NCBI GenBank assembly: GCA_963805975.1
Contig: CAWDVR010000004.1
Span: 192,001 to 256,000, forward strand
Source: an uncultured Acidobacteriota bacterium
Lineage (GTDB): Bacteria; Acidobacteriota; Thermoanaerobaculia; Multivoradales; SZUA-115
Direction of reading: 5' to 3'
Length of the DNA: 64,000 nt
This document shows positions 54,178 through 62,656 of this stretch, piece by piece. A program made the translations under genes and the position numbers. How positions within the stretch are numbered: the first letter of the stretch is position 1; every line of letters begins with the position of its first letter. Below the pieces are notes generated by a model. It did no database searches. It saw nothing but the letters and a program-made list of their open reading frames with translations, and was not told where the DNA came from.

Positions 54178-56487
54178 ATGACACGCCCCACCCTTCCTCC
54201 GCTCGTCCCGGCGCTGCTCCTCGGCGCGCTGCTCGTCGTCGGGCTCGTGGGGCGCCCGGCGGCGGGCACCACCTACGCCATGGTCTCGGACGCCGAGCTG
54301 GTAACGCAGGCCGCGGTGATCGCCGAGGTGGAGGTGCTGGGCTCGGCCGCCGCCGCGGACGCCGCCATTCCCTCGACCGACTACCAGGTCGCCGTGCTCC
54401 GGGTGCTCAAGGGGGCCACCGCCGGCCCGAATGCCACGGTGCGGGTGCCGGGCGGGGTGTCGGCGGAGGGCGTGGGCTACCGGGTGTGGGGTGCCCCGGC
54501 TTTCGCTCCCGGCGAGCGGGCCCTCCTCTTCCTGCTGCCGGCCGCGGACGGCGCCTACCGCATCCTCCATCTCCTGCTCGGCGCCTTCCACGAGGTCGAG
54601 CTCGGTGGGCGCAAGCTGGCGCTGCGCGATCTCTCGGGAGCTACCGAGGCGAGCTTCGACCGGGAAGGCCGGCTGCTCCTCGAGGAACGCCCCACCGACC
54701 TGCCGCGCGATTTCGAGGCCTTCTCGCGCTGGATCTCGACCGGTGCAGGAGACCGCGTCGGCTACTTCGTCCACGACAAGAGCGGGGCGCTCGACGACGC
54801 GATCGCTTCCTACACTTTTCTCACCGACCCCAACGACGGCGGGCGCATCCGCTGGTTCGGCTTCGAGCAGGGCGACACCATCGGCTGGCAGGCGGACAGC
54901 CGCGGACAGCCGGGCTTGGCGGGCGGCGGCTTCTCCGAGCTCCAGCGGGCGATCGCGGCCTGGAACAACGACCCTTCGTCGATCGTCCGCTACGGCTGGA
55001 GCGGCACCACCAGCTCGCTCGCCACTCGCTGCGCACCGCCTTTCGGGCTGGGCAAGCTGGTGTTCGAGGACCCGGTCAACGAGATCGGCGGCGCCTACGG
55101 CTGCAGTGGCGGCATCCTCGCCCAGGGCGGCCCCTGCTACCAGCTCAGCTTCGCTTCCTATCGCGGGACCAACTACCACCCGGCGGTGGACGCGCACATC
55201 GTCACCAACGACGGCCTCACCTGCTTCTTCGACCAGAGCGCGAGCCCAGGGAAGGCCGCGGAGGAGCTCTTCGCCCACGAGCTGGGCCACACGCTGGGCT
55301 TCGGGCACTCCGCGACCCGGCAGGCGCTGATGCACGCCTTCATCCACGACGACGGGCGCGGGGCGCAGCTCCACGCCGACGACCGCGCCGGCCTGGCCGA
55401 GGTCTACGGCAACGGCACCACGCCTCCTCCTCCGCCCCCGCCCACCCCTGCCGCTCCCAGCCAGCTCGTGGCGGCGGCGCTCTCCACCACCCAGATCCGT
55501 CTCACCTGGCGCGACAACGCCGGCAACGAGTCCGGCTACCGCGTGGAGCGACGGGGCTACGCCGGCTTCTCCGAGATCGCCTCGCTGCCGGCGGGTGCCA
55601 CGAGCTTCACGGTTTCGGGCCTCTCTCCGGCCACGCCCTACGAGTTCCGGGTGCGGGCGGTGAACGCCCAGGGCTTCTCGGCCTTCTCGAACGTCGGCGC
55701 CGCCGTCACGCGTGGCGTCCTCGGCCCCTGCGTGGCCAACGCCACCACGCTCTGCCTGCTCTCCGGGGCGGTGCGCGTCGAGGTCGACTGGAAGAACCAG
55801 CACGGCGGCGGCGCCCTGGGCACCGGCCGCGCGGTGCCGATGGGCAACAAGAGCGGCTCGTTCTGGTTCTTCAGCCCGGACAACATCGAGCTCCTGGTCA
55901 AGGGGCTCGACGGCGGGCCGCTCAACGGCTACTACTGGTTCTTCTACGGCGCGCTCTCGGACGTCGAGTACTGGGTGCGCGTTACCCAGACGGCGACCGG
56001 CGAGGTGGCCGTGTACCACAACCCTCCGGGCCAGATCTGTGGCGAAGGCGACGTGGGGGCCCTGGCCAAGGCGGACGATGGCGCGGTCTTCGCTCTTCCC
56101 GACGAGGCGTCCGCCGCGTTCGCAGACCTGCCGGCCGGAGCCCCAGGTCCTTGCGCGGCGGGCCCCGAGGCGCTCTGCCTGCTGGGAGGCCGTTTCGAGG
56201 TCCGGGTCAACTGGCGCGACCACAGGAACGGCGGCGCGGGGACCGGCAAGCGGGTCACCGTGTCCGACCGCAGCGGCTACTTCTGGTTCTTCAACGCCGA
56301 CAACCTGGAGCTCGTGGTCAAGGCCCTGGACGGCCGCGGCCAGAACGGGCACTTCTGGTTCTTCTACGGCGCGCTCTCGGACGTCGAGTACACCCTTCGG
56401 GTGCGCGACACGGTGACCGGCGCCACCCGCCTCTACAACAACCAGGCCGGCGAGATCTGCGGCGAGGGCGACGTCGAAGCCTTCTGA
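54178..56487 (+). CDS. Secreted M10/matrixin-like metalloprotease with FN3 and two C-terminal repeats
   Basis: 'HELGHTLGFGH', Met-turn 'ALM'; FN3 'LTW.DN..NE.GY.VER..Y.FRVRA.N'; duplicated ~110-aa domain. Confidence 0.9.
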   Translation: MTRPTLPPLVPALLLGALLVVGLVGRPAAGTTYAMVSDAELVTQAAVIAEVEVLGSAAAADAAIPSTDYQVAVLRVLKGATAGPNATVRVPGGVSAEGVGYRVWGAPAFAPGERALLFLLPAADGAYRILHLLLGAFHEVELGGRKLALRDLSGATEASFDREGRLLLEERPTDLPRDFEAFSRWISTGAGDRVGYFVHDKSGALDDAIASYTFLTDPNDGGRIRWFGFEQGDTIGWQADSRGQPGLAGGGFSELQRAIAAWNNDPSSIVRYGWSGTTSSLATRCAPPFGLGKLVFEDPVNEIGGAYGCSGGILAQGGPCYQLSFASYRGTNYHPAVDAHIVTNDGLTCFFDQSASPGKAAEELFAHELGHTLGFGHSATRQALMHAFIHDDGRGAQLHADDRAGLAEVYGNGTTPPPPPPPTPAAPSQLVAAALSTTQIRLTWRDNAGNESGYRVERRGYAGFSEIASLPAGATSFTVSGLSPATPYEFRVRAVNAQGFSAFSNVGAAVTRGVLGPCVANATTLCLLSGAVRVEVDWKNQHGGGALGTGRAVPMGNKSGSFWFFSPDNIELLVKGLDGGPLNGYYWFFYGALSDVEYWVRVTQTATGEVAVYHNPPGQICGEGDVGALAKADDGAVFALPDEASAAFADLPAGAPGPCAAGPEALCLLGGRFEVRVNWRDHRNGGAGTGKRVTVSDRSGYFWFFNADNLELVVKALDGRGQNGHFWFFYGALSDVEYTLRVRDTVTGATRLYNNQAGEICGEGDVEAF

Positions 56488-57788
56488 GTCTCGGGGTCGC
56501 CCTTCCTCGCCCAGCGGTCGAGCGCCACGCCCGAGCCCAGGAGCGCCACCGGCCACAGGTGGAAGGCGAGCCGTGCCAGGTTCGAGCGCACGAAGAAGTC
56601 GGCGGAGCCGGCCGAGGGATGCGGGGTCGAGAAGTAGATGTAGAGATAGAAGAGGAGCTGGAGCGAGGCCAGGAGCGCCGCCGGCCGCGCCGGCCGGCAG
56701 AAGAGCAAGGCCGGCAACAGCAGCACCAGGAACGCCGCCCCGTGCCACTCCGGGGAGGCGAGGCTCTCGAGCGCGGCACGGAGGATGGTGCCCGCAAAAC
56801 GCAGCGACAGCGCTCGCTCCCCCTGCCCGCCGAGAAGGCCGTGGTGCCAGCCATAGGCCAGCCAGGCACCGACCACCAGCGCCGGCGGCAGGGCGACGGC
56901 CGGGAGCGCCCGCCACCAGCCACGGCCGCGGTGCAGGAGGTACACCGCGATGAGGAAAGCGGCGAGCGGCACACCTTCGATCTTGACCGCGGCGGCGAGC
57001 GCCGCGAGCCAGCCGACCGCAAGGTCCGAGGCCCGGTCCGGTCGCCGCAGCAGCAGCGGCCAGGCGGCTACCGGCACCAGCGCGATCACCCAGTCCGGGC
57101 TGCCGCCCATGGTGTAGCCGATGCCGAACATCGCCGCCCCGAGCCCGAGGAGCGCCACCGTCGCCTGCGCGGCCGGCCGCGAGACCTGCGCGGCGCGGAG
57201 CGCCTCGCGCGCGGCGGCGAGCAGGGCGAAGAAGAAGATCGCCGTCCACAGCATCATCGCCGGCTCCCGGAAGCCGCCGGCGAAGGCGGCGGTGGCCGCG
57301 AACAGGCTGGGGAATAGGTTCGGGTACTCCGGGTGGCGCTGCCAGTTCCAGGGCTGGACCAGGAACTCGAAGTCGAAGCCGCGAGCCAGGAAGAACCGCT
57401 CGCCCTTGATCCCCCAGTGGAAGATGAAGTCCGAGTAGACCATCCACATCTGGACGGCGCAGAAGGTCAGGATGGCGAGCGTGAGGAGCGCCGAAGCGTC
57501 GCCCCAGCCGGGCGCGATCCGCCCCGCGGCCGGCGCCAGCTTCCCACGACCCAGGAGATGGGCGAAGAGGGCGAGAAGCCCGAGCGCGCCGGCGAGCGTC
57601 GCCGCACGCCACGGAATGCCCAACGCATAGAGGGCGATCTGGGCGAGATAGAAGCCCACCAGCCCGGCGGCTCCCCAGAGTATCCCCCTGTAAAGCGGAT
57701 CCTCGCCCTCCGTGGCAAGCCGGCCGCGCAAACGGCTGCCGGCGAAGACGCAGGCCGCGGCGAGGGCGAGCGTGGCGGCGAGGCTCAG
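56433..57788 (-). CDS. Polytopic membrane protein, GT-C-like; probable CTG start
   Basis: Many TMs; 'DF..HWG.K', 'HPEYP', 'KIEG'; GGGGAGG RBS before a CTG that overlaps the upstream TGA. Confidence 0.65.
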   Translation of the reverse strand: MSLAATLALAAACVFAGSRLRGRLATEGEDPLYRGILWGAAGLVGFYLAQIALYALGIPWRAATLAGALGLLALFAHLLGRGKLAPAAGRIAPGWGDASALLTLAILTFCAVQMWMVYSDFIFHWGIKGERFFLARGFDFEFLVQPWNWQRHPEYPNLFPSLFAATAAFAGGFREPAMMLWTAIFFFALLAAAREALRAAQVSRPAAQATVALLGLGAAMFGIGYTMGGSPDWVIALVPVAAWPLLLRRPDRASDLAVGWLAALAAAVKIEGVPLAAFLIAVYLLHRGRGWWRALPAVALPPALVVGAWLAYGWHHGLLGGQGERALSLRFAGTILRAALESLASPEWHGAAFLVLLLPALLFCRPARPAALLASLQLLFYLYIYFSTPHPSAGSADFFVRSNLARLAFHLWPVALLGSGVALDRWARKGDPETQKASTSPSPQISPAWLL

Positions 57789-58240
57789 CGTGCCTCCCCG
57801 GAGCGCACGGTGCGGTAGAGCCGGCCGGGACCCTGCTCGAGGAGGAGCACGCGGTCCGGCTGCTCGAGCTTGCGGCGGAAGGTGATCCAGTAGTCGGCCG
57901 CGCGCGACTCGGGAGCGCCTTCGGGGATGAGCAGGCTCCCGGGCAGCCAGTACCCCGCCCGGAGCCAGCGGAAGAAGGCCTCGCCGGGAGGCGTCGCCTC
58001 GGTGGCGAAACCCACGCGGCTGCCCGGAGGGATCTGCTCGGCCGCCCGTTCGAGAAAGGCCTGAAGTCGCCGCGCCTGCGGTGTCGAATGCCGCCAGACG
58101 ACGGCCGGCAGCGGCTGGCCGGGATGGAGCACTTCGAGGTAGAGGGTGTGGTACAGCTCCTTGGCGAAGCCGAAGGCGAGCCACGCACCGGCGGCGGCGA
58201 AGACCAGAAAGGCGAGTCGCTGGCGGGCGGTGCGGGACAT
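57785..58240 (-). CDS. Hypothetical membrane-anchored protein
   Basis: N-terminal TM; coupled to downstream membrane gene. Confidence 0.65.
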   Translation of the reverse strand: MSRTARQRLAFLVFAAAGAWLAFGFAKELYHTLYLEVLHPGQPLPAVVWRHSTPQARRLQAFLERAAEQIPPGSRVGFATEATPPGEAFFRWLRAGYWLPGSLLIPEGAPESRAADYWITFRRKLEQPDRVLLLEQGPGRLYRTVRSGEAR

Positions 58241-58378
58241 TTGGGGAGGGATACTGCCACCTTTTCCGATCGCGGAGCGCGTTCGACGCCGGGGCTCCGC
58301 AGCTACGTCCACGCCGCTCGGGACGGCCGCCGAGAGCCGTGCCGGCTCTCCGGGGCCTGCGATACTCTGCCGGGCATC

Positions 58379-60229
58379 GTGCTGCCTTTTCCGAGACACG
58401 TCCCGTACCGCTCCCGGCTCCCCTTTCTCCTCCTCGCTCTCGCGGTCCTCCTCACGGCCTGCGGTCGCCCTGCGACCGAGCGCTTGGCGTACGAGGACTT
58501 TCTGACCAACGGCCGGCTGGCGTCGGGCCGCGGCCCGGTCGAGCCGGCCGAGGGCGTGTGCGCCTTCGAGAACCGCTGGGGAGTGCGGCTCGAGGGTGAC
58601 GAGCTCACGGCCACGTTCACCCTCGGCCGTGCGGCGCGGCTGATGGTCGCCGGCTGCGCGGGGCGCTTCGCAGCCTCGCCGCCGGCCCAGCCGGGCAGGG
58701 ACCGGATCGAGGTGACGCTCGAGGCTGCCGATGGATCGCAGCGCCGCCTGCAGCTCGAGCTTCCTGCCGGCTCCGGCTCTGTCCAACGCGAGATGGCCCT
58801 CGACCTGCCTCCCGGCGAGACGCGGCTGTCGCTCGCCCCGAGCCTCGGGAGCGGCCGGCAGGTCTTTCTCCGCGACCTCGCGGTGCGCCATGAGCTGGCG
58901 CTCGGAGAGAGGGCGCAGGAAGGCAGGCCCCGCGAGGGCGAGCCGCGGCAGGTGCTGCTGATCTCGCTCGACACGCTGCGCGAGGACGGCCTCTCGCACC
59001 TGGGCGGCCCCTGGCCCACGCCGGCGCTCGACCGCTTCGCGGCGCGGGCGCAGACCTTCCGGCCGCACTATGCCGCCGCGAGCTGGACCAAGCCCTCGCA
59101 CGCGAGCCTGCTCTCCGGCCAGTCGGTAGGCGTGCACGGCGCGAGCGACGTCCAACGTCCGCTGCCCGCGGGGCTGCCGCTCGTCTCCGAGCGCTTTCGG
59201 GAGGCGGGCTTCGCCACCGCCGGCCTGGTCTCCGACTGCCTGTGGCTCAACCCGCCGTTCGGCTTCGCGCGCGGCTACGACACCTACCAGCCGGTGCACT
59301 GGAGCCTGCCGCAGCAGAGGCGCCGGGCCTTCAACTGGATGGCCGAGCATCGCGATCGGCCGTTCTTCTATTTCCTCCACAGTTTCGAGGCGCACTCGGA
59401 CTTCCATGCCCTGCCCTACGAGGGGCCGGGCGTCACCCGCCGCACCGTCGAGCAGCGCTTCGGGGTTCCCGGCTATGGCTGCCGCGAGGAGCAGTGCGCC
59501 TCGGGCCTGCTCTCCGAGCTGAGCGCCGGGCGCATCCGGCCGCTGGCCAACGAGGAGGCGATCCTGCGCTTCCTCTACGGCGAGGGCGTGCGGCACCTGG
59601 ACAGCGAGCTGGGCGCGCTGTTCTCCGACCTGGAAGAGCTCGGGCTCTTCGACCGCCTGCTGATCGTCCTCACCTCGGACCACGGCGAGCAGTTTTTCGA
59701 GCATGGCGAGCTGCTGCACGGTCAGGCCTGGAACCAGGTGATGCGGGTGCCCCTCCTCGTCAAGTGGCCGGCAGGCCGGCGGGCCGGCGAGGTGGAGACC
59801 GCGCCCACCTCGGCGCTCGACGTGGCCCCGACCCTGCTCGCCGCCGCGGGCCTCGCGGCAGGAGGGCTGCCGGGCCGCGACCTCGGCCGGCCGCTGCACG
59901 GTGAGCCGGTCTTCGCCTGGGACCCCGGAGCCACGGTGGTGGCGGGCGACCTCAAGGCGATCTTCCGGCTTCCCGACGGCCAGCCGCGTCTCTTCGACCT
60001 CGCCGCCGACCCGGGCGAGCGCCACGACCTCGCCGCCGCGCGGCCCGAGGTCGTGGCCCGGCTCGAGCGCCTGCTCGCGGCCCGCGAAGCCGCGGACCGG
60101 GCGATCGTCGCCCGCCTGGGCACGCGGCAGGACGCGGCGTCGCCGGAGACGCTCAGCGAGGAGGACGTCGCCCGCCTGCGCGCCCTGGGCTATCTGGGCG
60201 GCCCGGCCGCCGCCGGGGGCCCGGAGTAG
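58379..60229 (+). CDS. Sulfatase-fold lipoprotein (Thr at nucleophile position)
   Basis: Lipobox LTAC; 'ISLDTLR', 'WTKPSHASLLSG', 'SDHGE', 'RVPL', 'LFDLAADPGE', 'LRALGY'; start uncertain. Confidence 0.85.
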   Translation: MLPFPRHVPYRSRLPFLLLALAVLLTACGRPATERLAYEDFLTNGRLASGRGPVEPAEGVCAFENRWGVRLEGDELTATFTLGRAARLMVAGCAGRFAASPPAQPGRDRIEVTLEAADGSQRRLQLELPAGSGSVQREMALDLPPGETRLSLAPSLGSGRQVFLRDLAVRHELALGERAQEGRPREGEPRQVLLISLDTLREDGLSHLGGPWPTPALDRFAARAQTFRPHYAAASWTKPSHASLLSGQSVGVHGASDVQRPLPAGLPLVSERFREAGFATAGLVSDCLWLNPPFGFARGYDTYQPVHWSLPQQRRRAFNWMAEHRDRPFFYFLHSFEAHSDFHALPYEGPGVTRRTVEQRFGVPGYGCREEQCASGLLSELSAGRIRPLANEEAILRFLYGEGVRHLDSELGALFSDLEELGLFDRLLIVLTSDHGEQFFEHGELLHGQAWNQVMRVPLLVKWPAGRRAGEVETAPTSALDVAPTLLAAAGLAAGGLPGRDLGRPLHGEPVFAWDPGATVVAGDLKAIFRLPDGQPRLFDLAADPGERHDLAAARPEVVARLERLLAAREAADRAIVARLGTRQDAASPETLSEEDVARLRALGYLGGPAAAGGPE

Positions 60230-60291
60230 GCCGGCGGCCCATATACTCCTCGGGCCGTAGACCCTACATTCGGAGGCGATCTCCAAAGACC

Positions 60292-61953
60292 ATGCTCGCT
60301 ACCTGGCTGTTGATGATCGGACTCGCCGCTGCCACGGAGGCGGCGACACTTCCCGCGGCTCCCACGGCCGAGCATCCGACCCCTGCGCCCGCCGTCGTCT
60401 GGCAGACGGCGGCGCTCTACGGCGCGGACGTGCGCTCGCTCGCCATCGATCCCAAGAACCCTGACCTGGTCTTCGCCGGCACCTCGGCCGGCCAGGTCTA
60501 CGTGTCGAGCAACGGCGGCGCCTCCTGGCGGGACCTGGCGCCCGTCCAGCCTTTCCTCGGTTGGGTGGTCTCGGCCCTGCGCTTCGATCCCAACCGGCCG
60601 GACCGGCTGTGGGCGGGCTTGTGGGGACCCTGGGGCGGTGGCATGGTGGCCTACTCCGAGGACGGTGGTGCCCACTGGACGTACCGCACCGAGGTGCCCG
60701 GCGGCCAGGTCTACTCGCTGGCGCTGGTGCCGGGACGGGAGGGGCAGATCTTCGCCGGCACCCGCCGCGGCGTGTACGTGAGCTCCGACTTCGGCGCTCA
60801 CTGGACGCACGCGACCGCCGCTCTCCCCGAGGTCGAAAAGGTCACGAGCCTCCTGGTCGACGACCTGCGGCCGGGCCGCGTCTACGCCGGCTCCTGGCAG
60901 TGCGCCTACCTGTCCGAGGACGGTGGGCGGACGTGGCGGGGCCTCTTCACCGGCATGCTGCACGACAGCGAGGTGTTCAGCCTGACCCCGGTTCCCGGAC
61001 GGCCCGAGGAGCTGTGGGCCTCCACCTGCGGCTGGGTGTACAAGAGCGGCGACCGCGGCGAGACCTGGACCCGGCAGCGCGAGGGCCTCTCGACGCGGCG
61101 GGTGCCGAGCTTCGCCGCCCTGGCCGACGGCCGGCTGCTGGCCGGTACCGTGGCGGGGCTCTACGCGACCGCGGACAGCGGCGCCACCTGGCAGCAGGTG
61201 ACAGGCTCCGACCTCGCGGTGCTGGCGATCGCCGTCCACCCGGCGCGGCCCGGGCGGGTGATCCTGGGCACCGAGGGCTCCGGCGTCTGGCTGTCGAACA
61301 ACGGCGGCGCCACCTTCGCGCGCGCCGAGCGCTCGATGACCAACGTACGGGTGGGAGCGCTGATCTCGACCGGCCGCGAGGTGCTGGCCGCGGTCAACCA
61401 CGCCGGGCCGGCCTCGGGCATCTACAGCTCGATCGACGGCGGCCTGAGCTTCCAGCTCCAGCGCGCCGGCCTGCCCACGGCGCTCGAGCTCGCGACCGGC
61501 GGCGGCAAGGTCTTCGCCGCCACCGAGCGCGGGCTCTTCGAGCGCGACCTCGACTTCTCCTGGCGCCATCTGGCGGAGCTCGGTGAGACGCGCGTCGACG
61601 GCGTCTGGGTGGCGGAAGGGAAGGTGCGGGCCCAGGCCGGCAGCCGCCTCTTCGAGCGCCCCATGGCGGGGCCGGGCGGCGAGCGCTTCGTCGAGGTGCG
61701 CATCGCCGGGGCCGAGGCCGGCCGGGTCGCGGTCGACCTCGAGGCCGCCCGCTCCCTCCCCACCGGCGATGAGCGCTTCCCCTGGCTCGCCCTCTCCCCC
61801 GAGGCCGCCCGGCTCTTCGATCGGCAGAGCCGGACCGCGAGGCCCTTGCGGCTGCCGGTCCCCGCCCAGGACGTCACCGCGGCGCTGATCTTCGAGGGCA
61901 AGCTCCTCCTGGGCACGGCGGGCTACGGCGTCCTCGGCACCCGCTTCGACTGA
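60292..61953 (+). CDS. Exported YCF48/VPS10-like beta-propeller (BNR repeats)
   Basis: Repeated 'S.DGG.[HT]W' Asp-box motifs; GGAGG RBS. Confidence 0.85.
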   Translation: MLATWLLMIGLAAATEAATLPAAPTAEHPTPAPAVVWQTAALYGADVRSLAIDPKNPDLVFAGTSAGQVYVSSNGGASWRDLAPVQPFLGWVVSALRFDPNRPDRLWAGLWGPWGGGMVAYSEDGGAHWTYRTEVPGGQVYSLALVPGREGQIFAGTRRGVYVSSDFGAHWTHATAALPEVEKVTSLLVDDLRPGRVYAGSWQCAYLSEDGGRTWRGLFTGMLHDSEVFSLTPVPGRPEELWASTCGWVYKSGDRGETWTRQREGLSTRRVPSFAALADGRLLAGTVAGLYATADSGATWQQVTGSDLAVLAIAVHPARPGRVILGTEGSGVWLSNNGGATFARAERSMTNVRVGALISTGREVLAAVNHAGPASGIYSSIDGGLSFQLQRAGLPTALELATGGGKVFAATERGLFERDLDFSWRHLAELGETRVDGVWVAEGKVRAQAGSRLFERPMAGPGGERFVEVRIAGAEAGRVAVDLEAARSLPTGDERFPWLALSPEAARLFDRQSRTARPLRLPVPAQDVTAALIFEGKLLLGTAGYGVLGTRFD

Positions 61954-62020
61954 TCTCCCCGCCCCGACGCGGGCGGGCAGCGAATGTGCAGCGAAACACT
62001 CCTGCGCCGCCGACGTAGGA

Positions 62021-62656
62021 ATGTCTTACCAGCATTCGCCCACGGCCATGCCCGCACTCACCTCCCACCGTCCACTGACCGCGCTCCTACACCAGTGGAC
62101 CGGGGGTGACTCGCAAGCCGTCGACCGCGTGCTGCCGCTGGTCTACGAGGAGCTCCACCGCATTGCGGCCCGCGAGTTCCGCCGCGAGCGGTCCCAGCAC
62201 ACGTTGCAGGCCACCGCCATCGTGCACGAGGCCTACATGCGGCTGCGCAACGTGCACGGCGTCACCTGGGACAGCCGCCAGCAGTTCTTCGGTTTCGCCG
62301 CGCACCTCATCCGCCGCATCCTGGTCGAGCACGCGCGGACCCGCGGGCGGGTCAAGCGCGGCTCCGGCTACCAGCGGGTCACTCTCGCCGAGGCGCAGGC
62401 CCTGGCGGCGAGCCGCCCGCCGGACCTCCTGGCGCTGGACGACGCCCTCACCGCCCTGACCGAGCTCGACGAGCGCAAGGCGACGGTCGTCGAGCTGCGC
62501 TTCTTCGGCGGGCTGACCACCGAGGAGACGGCGGCGGTGCTCGGCGTCTCCTCCGAGACGGTGGGTCGCGAGTGGCGGCGCGCCAAGGCCTGGCTCTTCC
62601 AGCAGCTCGCCGCGCCCGTGGAGGCGGCCCCGGCGGAGGTCGCCCATGGAGCCTGA
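62021..62656 (+). CDS. ECF sigma factor (TIGR02999/ECF43-type)
   Basis: 'LPLVYEEL..IA', 'TLQATAIVHEAY', 'RRILV.HAR', 'VVELRFFGG', 'REW..AKAWL'. Confidence 0.9.
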   Translation: MSYQHSPTAMPALTSHRPLTALLHQWTGGDSQAVDRVLPLVYEELHRIAAREFRRERSQHTLQATAIVHEAYMRLRNVHGVTWDSRQQFFGFAAHLIRRILVEHARTRGRVKRGSGYQRVTLAEAQALAASRPPDLLALDDALTALTELDERKATVVELRFFGGLTTEETAAVLGVSSETVGREWRRAKAWLFQQLAAPVEAAPAEVAHGA

